Below are positions 50,809-54,885 of a stretch of 54,885 bases of DNA, piece after piece. The stretch is from NCBI GenBank assembly GCA_046759165.1, contig JBHIBS010000005.1:1-54885 (forward strand). Direction: 5' to 3'. Position numbers and translations under genes: made by a program. The notes beneath the pieces are model-generated. The model was not told where the DNA came from. It saw only the letters and a program-made list of their open reading frames with translations, and did no database searches. This DNA is from a bacterium (lineage in GTDB: Bacteria > UBA6262 > WVXT01). Numbering within the stretch: the first letter of the stretch is position 1; each line of letters begins with the position of its first letter.

Positions 50809-51671
50809 TCTTCAGTTTCCACCTCTTCTGGCTTCACTTGCAATTTGATAGAATCGGCAATCTCTACCGGTTTCCGACTACTTATTATAACTGCAGTTGA
50901 ACTATCTTCCTCAATGTCTGATGTAACTTCCAACACACCAATCTTCTCAACCATTATCCCCAGAACCTCGCCGGTTATCGGATGGATAACCTCTTCCCCT
51001 TCTCGATAGATTGTAAACCTTGTCTTTGGCTTAACTTGCTGATTTTTCCCCAGATCGATGAAGATTATATCTCCATATGCCGTCATGAATTTCTTCTCTT
51101 TTACTCCCGCAATATATCCATCAAATTCAAAATCTGGGGGAGCAATAAAGATATCTCTTTCGTATTCAGTTCCTAGCTTAACCTCCTCCAATTTTACTTC
51201 CAGCTCCTGGGGTGTCTCCTCCAATGGTTCCACCCTTCGATATGTGGGAATTATCAGGTCATCACCGGGGAAAATCCAGTGGGGCTCGTTTATATACTTA
51301 TTATATCTCCATATCTCTCTCCATAGGAATGGATTGCGGTAGTACTGGTAAGCGATGTCCCAAAGACAATCTCCTCTCCTTACCTCATAAGCTTTGAGCA
51401 CAAGTTCCATTCCTTCAGGAATATCTTCTTGTGGAAGAACTCTTCTTCCAGTGAGAGACTCTTCCACCTCCTCCAGAGGCTGCTCAACTGCAAACTCCTC
51501 GGCTGGAACTTCGCTCGGCTCGGCAGGTTCCGTTTCCAGTTCAAAAACAGGAATCTCCTCTTCAGAAGATTCAGGAGGCAAAGCTTCCACGTCTTCCTCC
51601 TGAGCTCTGGCAAAAAGGACGCTGAAACTTAATAGACTACACACCAGAAAAAGAATAATTCCCCTTTTCAT
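50805..51671 (-). CDS. Secreted LysM protein (TsaP-like)
   Basis: Signal peptide, acidic linker, YEVRRGDCLWDIA...NPFLW..IW..N..I..PHWIFPGD LysM, C-terminal HPITGEVLG domain. Confidence 0.85.
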   Translation of the reverse strand: MKRGIILFLVCSLLSFSVLFARAQEEDVEALPPESSEEEIPVFELETEPAEPSEVPAEEFAVEQPLEEVEESLTGRRVLPQEDIPEGMELVLKAYEVRRGDCLWDIAYQYYRNPFLWREIWRYNKYINEPHWIFPGDDLIIPTYRRVEPLEETPQELEVKLEEVKLGTEYERDIFIAPPDFEFDGYIAGVKEKKFMTAYGDIIFIDLGKNQQVKPKTRFTIYREGEEVIHPITGEVLGIMVEKIGVLEVTSDIEEDSSTAVIISSRKPVEIADSIKLQVKPEEVETEE

Positions 51672-51714
51672 TTTTCGCTCCTTTCCGTAATTTTATAAAT
51701 TTAGAGACCTCGAA

Positions 51715-53250
51715 TTACATCCATAAATGCCTATCCAGACTTCTGTACTGGATAGCCTCAGCAATGTGGTGAGAACCAATCTTCTCCGTTGCCTCTAAAT
51801 CTGCAATTGTCCGGGACACTTTCAGAATGCGGTCATATGCCCTACCCGACAGTCCCAAACGCTCAATTGCATCTTTCAATAATTTCTCCGCTTCTCTTTC
51901 GAGAATACAATACTTCCTTATATGTTTAGCCTCCATATGAGCATTGCAATAGACCGACCTGAATTTTTTAAATCTCTCTTTCTGTATATTTCTGGCTTTT
52001 TGGACCCGAGTACGGATTATTAATGAAGATTCCCCTTCTGTATCTTCTACCAGCTCTTGATACTTGACTGGCGGCACTTCGATATGCATATCGATTCGGT
52101 CAAGGAGCGGTCCCGAGATTTTGGCCCGGTATTTCTGGACCTGGAAAGGAGTACAGGTACATTCTCTCTGTGGATCGCCGTAGAACCCACAAGGGCAGGG
52201 GTTCATAGCTGCAGCCAGCATAAACTTTGCAGGATAAGTTAAAGATGTGCTTATCCGGGCAATAGTCACCACACCGTCTTCAAGGGGTTGACGCAAAACT
52301 TCTAAGACATTACGGTGAAATTCTGAAAGCTCGTCCAGAAAGAGCACCCCATTATGGGCTAAGCTAACTTCGCCGGGCTTGGGAAAGGAACCGCCTCCTA
52401 TCAATGCTACATCGGAGATGGTGTGGTGGGGAGACCGGAAGGGCCTGATAGCCACAATGGCTGAGCCTGAAGAGATTAGACCAATGACGCTATGAATCTT
52501 TGTGGTCTCCAATGCCTCATCTAAGGTTATTGCGGGCAAAATGGATGGTAACCTCTTAGCCAGCATGGTCTTCCCAGACCCAGGTGGCCCGATGAGAAGT
52601 ATGTTGTGTCCGCCACTGGCAGCAACTTCCAGGGCTCGCTTGGCATATTCCTGACCTTTGACATCACCAAAATCTATCTCATAATTACACCTATCTTCAA
52701 ATTCGTCTTCCAAACTTATCGAGAATGAGGGAATCTCCGTTCTTCCGTTCAAAAAATCGACTATCTCTTTCAGATTTCTAACCGGAAAAACATCTACGCC
52801 TTCCACCACCGCTGCTTCTTTTCTATTCCTTTCAGGGATAATTAGCCCTTCTACATTAGCCTCTCTTGCCGCCAGGGCAATGGGCAAGATGCCCTTGACT
52901 TTCCGCACAGTTCCATCCAACGATAATTCTCCTAGGATTATATACCTTTGTAGCCTCTCCGGGGATAATTGACCACTAGCAGCCAAAATCCCTAAGGCAA
53001 TGGGCAAATCGAAAGCAGCACCCTCCTTTTTTACTGCAGCTGGAGCTAAATTGACCGTAATCCTCTTCATAGAAAATTCGTATCCAGAATTCTTAATCGC
53101 TGCCAGGACTCTGTCCTTACTCTCCCTGATTGCTGTATCGGGAAGACCGACCGTAGAGAAACTGGGAAGTCCGGAAGAGATATCTACTTCCACCTTTACA
53201 GAATAAGCCTCAATTCCTAAAACGGCACTACTCAATCCAATGGAAAGCAT
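51715..53250 (-). CDS. comM: YifB/ComM Mg-chelatase-like ATPase
   Basis: [54 protein letters not shown]. Confidence 0.95.
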   Translation of the reverse strand: MLSIGLSSAVLGIEAYSVKVEVDISSGLPSFSTVGLPDTAIRESKDRVLAAIKNSGYEFSMKRITVNLAPAAVKKEGAAFDLPIALGILAASGQLSPERLQRYIILGELSLDGTVRKVKGILPIALAAREANVEGLIIPERNRKEAAVVEGVDVFPVRNLKEIVDFLNGRTEIPSFSISLEDEFEDRCNYEIDFGDVKGQEYAKRALEVAASGGHNILLIGPPGSGKTMLAKRLPSILPAITLDEALETTKIHSVIGLISSGSAIVAIRPFRSPHHTISDVALIGGGSFPKPGEVSLAHNGVLFLDELSEFHRNVLEVLRQPLEDGVVTIARISTSLTYPAKFMLAAAMNPCPCGFYGDPQRECTCTPFQVQKYRAKISGPLLDRIDMHIEVPPVKYQELVEDTEGESSLIIRTRVQKARNIQKERFKKFRSVYCNAHMEAKHIRKYCILEREAEKLLKDAIERLGLSGRAYDRILKVSRTIADLEATEKIGSHHIAEAIQYRSLDRHLWM

Positions 53251-53354
53251 TAAAAACTTTTCTCCTCAACCTTTGCTATTTTTAAAGTTTACCATAAATA
53301 CTTTTCTTTTGCAATAATTTTTTGCAATTCTTTCCAGACCAATTCCACCTTTTT

Positions 53355-53542
53355 CTATAAACTGACCACCTCATCAAATTTACTTTTCCTGGCCTCGCCT
53401 AATAACCGCATCATCGCAGGTCTATCATCTATTCTTTCTCCACTTATTCCAGCATCCTCGTAAATAATTGTTTGTGCCCCGGCTTTTGCCCCTTATAGTA
53501 ATCAAGACCCATCTCTTTCTGTGCGGGCAAGCTCTTTTTCAT
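53355..53542 (-). pseudogene. Frameshifted fragment of a serine recombinase catalytic domain
   Basis: One frame gives MKKSLPAQKEMGLDYYK; an adjacent frame gives IIYEDAGISGERIDDRPAMMRLLGEARKSKFDEVVSL-stop. Confidence 0.75.
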
Positions 53543-53738
53543 TCTTTGTGTAGCAATAACGACTCAGGGATAAAAAAGTTGCCGATGGGTGAATTTGAGA
53601 AAATCTTTGACTTCCCTTTTATCCCCTGTTATATGACCGAGCCCAGGGCAAGGCAAGGAACTAAGCGACGAAGAATTCCAAACCCCACCATAACTAGTTT
53701 TAAAGGTCTTTCAAACCTCTTGCAATTTTTTTTCTTTT

Positions 53739-54443
53739 TTATTCCTTTTCCCAAACAGTGGAAGATATTTTTGTTTTGCCACCTTTTTTAAACCGAAAAT
53801 CGCACCTCTTAGAGCCCCCGGCAAGTGTTTCGGTCCGAATTAGTTCCCAGCCAAATGTGTTACTGAGAGCGATATCCGACAAACAAACATAAGGGGCAAA
53901 TTCTTCGGCACCTTGGTCCTGCATAAATTTGTAAATCGAGCATCCCATCTAATCAATACCATAATCGAAGTTTTTACCATTGCCTTCAACAAATTTGAAC
54001 CTAAAATCTCCAAATGGATGTTTTTGACTTATTTCTGCAAACTTTCGCGCTCTCTTCTTGGCAAAATTGGAAAAGAACAAAAGTTTACAAAGATAGCGCA
54101 CAAATTTGGGGACAGTCTTTAACCCGACCTTGAGCGATTCGTGACATAATTCCCGAGCTTCTGTTGCAGTCTTTCCATGTTTTTTTGTTGCCCTGTATAC
54201 TGCCAATTCATAAGCAGATATGCTGAGGAATGACCTAAAGACGGGCGGGCCGCTGCTAATGTAGGGTATGTGGGGTATGAGAGCTTCATACTCCTGCCTG
54301 GTTTCTTTTAGTATAGTGTTCGCGAACTCACCACCATAGCGCGATACAAAAACCCTTTTCACGATATTTTCTGTCTTGTCGAAGGCTTTTAACAGTTTCG
54401 GCTTTCGCGAGATGTAATAATTGTTAATTGTTAGCTTTTTCAT
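53739..54443 (-). pseudogene. ATC-hydrolase-like protein interrupted by an in-frame TAG
   Basis: ORFs 53949-54443 and 53739-53948 abut in one frame: FDYGID-TAG-MGCSIYKF...YVCLSD...RTETLAGG..RCDFRF. Confidence 0.8.
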
Positions 54444-54885
54444 AGTGTCTCTTTCTTTAATAAGTTAAATTAATATATATAAAACTCCTCTAGTTTTAAC
54501 GGTGGAGGCTTACCTGTATACAGTCGACCTTCGGTTTTATCTGAGTTAAATTATAGTAAATGAAACCTGTTCAATGCAATAAAAATCTAGCATCCCAGCT
54601 CTCATCTTTGTTACCACCCAAGCAAAGTTCAAGGTTTCCTGAATTTTTTACCACATTTCCCCGTCAATTTTCCACCCGATTTAAGAGGATGAGCGTACCC
54701 GATAGACCCATACCAGGTATCCGTTACCCTTTCAAATAGATACCAGAAATTTCGTGCTTTCTGATTTGGGATAATCCGGCAAGACTCCAGTGGAGAGCAC
54801 CCGCAACAGAAGCTTCACTCATTAGTGCCTGCCCCACCGGCAAAGGAAAGGTTTAAAATAAAAGGCTGAAGACCGAAGATCAAGA

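Noticed and set aside
54460-54580. Possible riboswitch between a putative promoter and the ATC-hydrolase-like gene
   Set aside because: Small hairpins are present, but I could not match any known aptamer consensus; an Rfam search would be needed.
54600-54885. Possible gene remnant at the window end
   Set aside because: Only short stop-interrupted frames are present, with no motif I can support.

Overview
Mostly core-chromosome DNA from a bacterium that is probably diderm (LolA, TsaP-like LysM protein); the lineage cannot be assigned from the sequence alone. Almost every gene is on the minus strand. In transcription order the window holds a competence/recombination block (comM/yifB, LysM protein, DJ-1/PfpI, dprA, topA, xerC) and the rpsB-tsf-pyrH-frr-uppS-cdsA-dxr-rseP-ispG-radC-proS run. 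It continues with nusA-infB-DUF503-rbfA-DHH-truB-ribF, a diguanylate cyclase, rpsO-pnp-accB-uppP, ftsK-lolA-rodZ-pgsA-pgpA-recA-MBL-xerD, and a MoxR/DUF58/VWA/DUF4159/DUF4175 operon. The only well-supported plus-strand gene is an IS110-family (IS1111-type) recombinase, and it is the highlight. The whole element (16101-17391) can be read from the sequence: 15-bp sub-terminal inverted repeats, a TG core at both ends, insertion into a REP-like palindrome with an empty near-identical copy at 76-110, and a perfect TTGACA-N17-TATAAT promoter that forms only on circularisation. A compact two-loop RNA at 17211-17320 has loops matching the target and the donor junction, making it a candidate bridge/seek RNA. 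Intergenic spacers carry several palindromic repeat families. Decayed genes include a serine recombinase relic next to comM, an ATC-hydrolase-like gene with an in-frame TAG, and a beta-propeller fragment. truB appears to need a non-AUG (CUG) start. All product calls come from recognising motifs and synteny, not from database searches.
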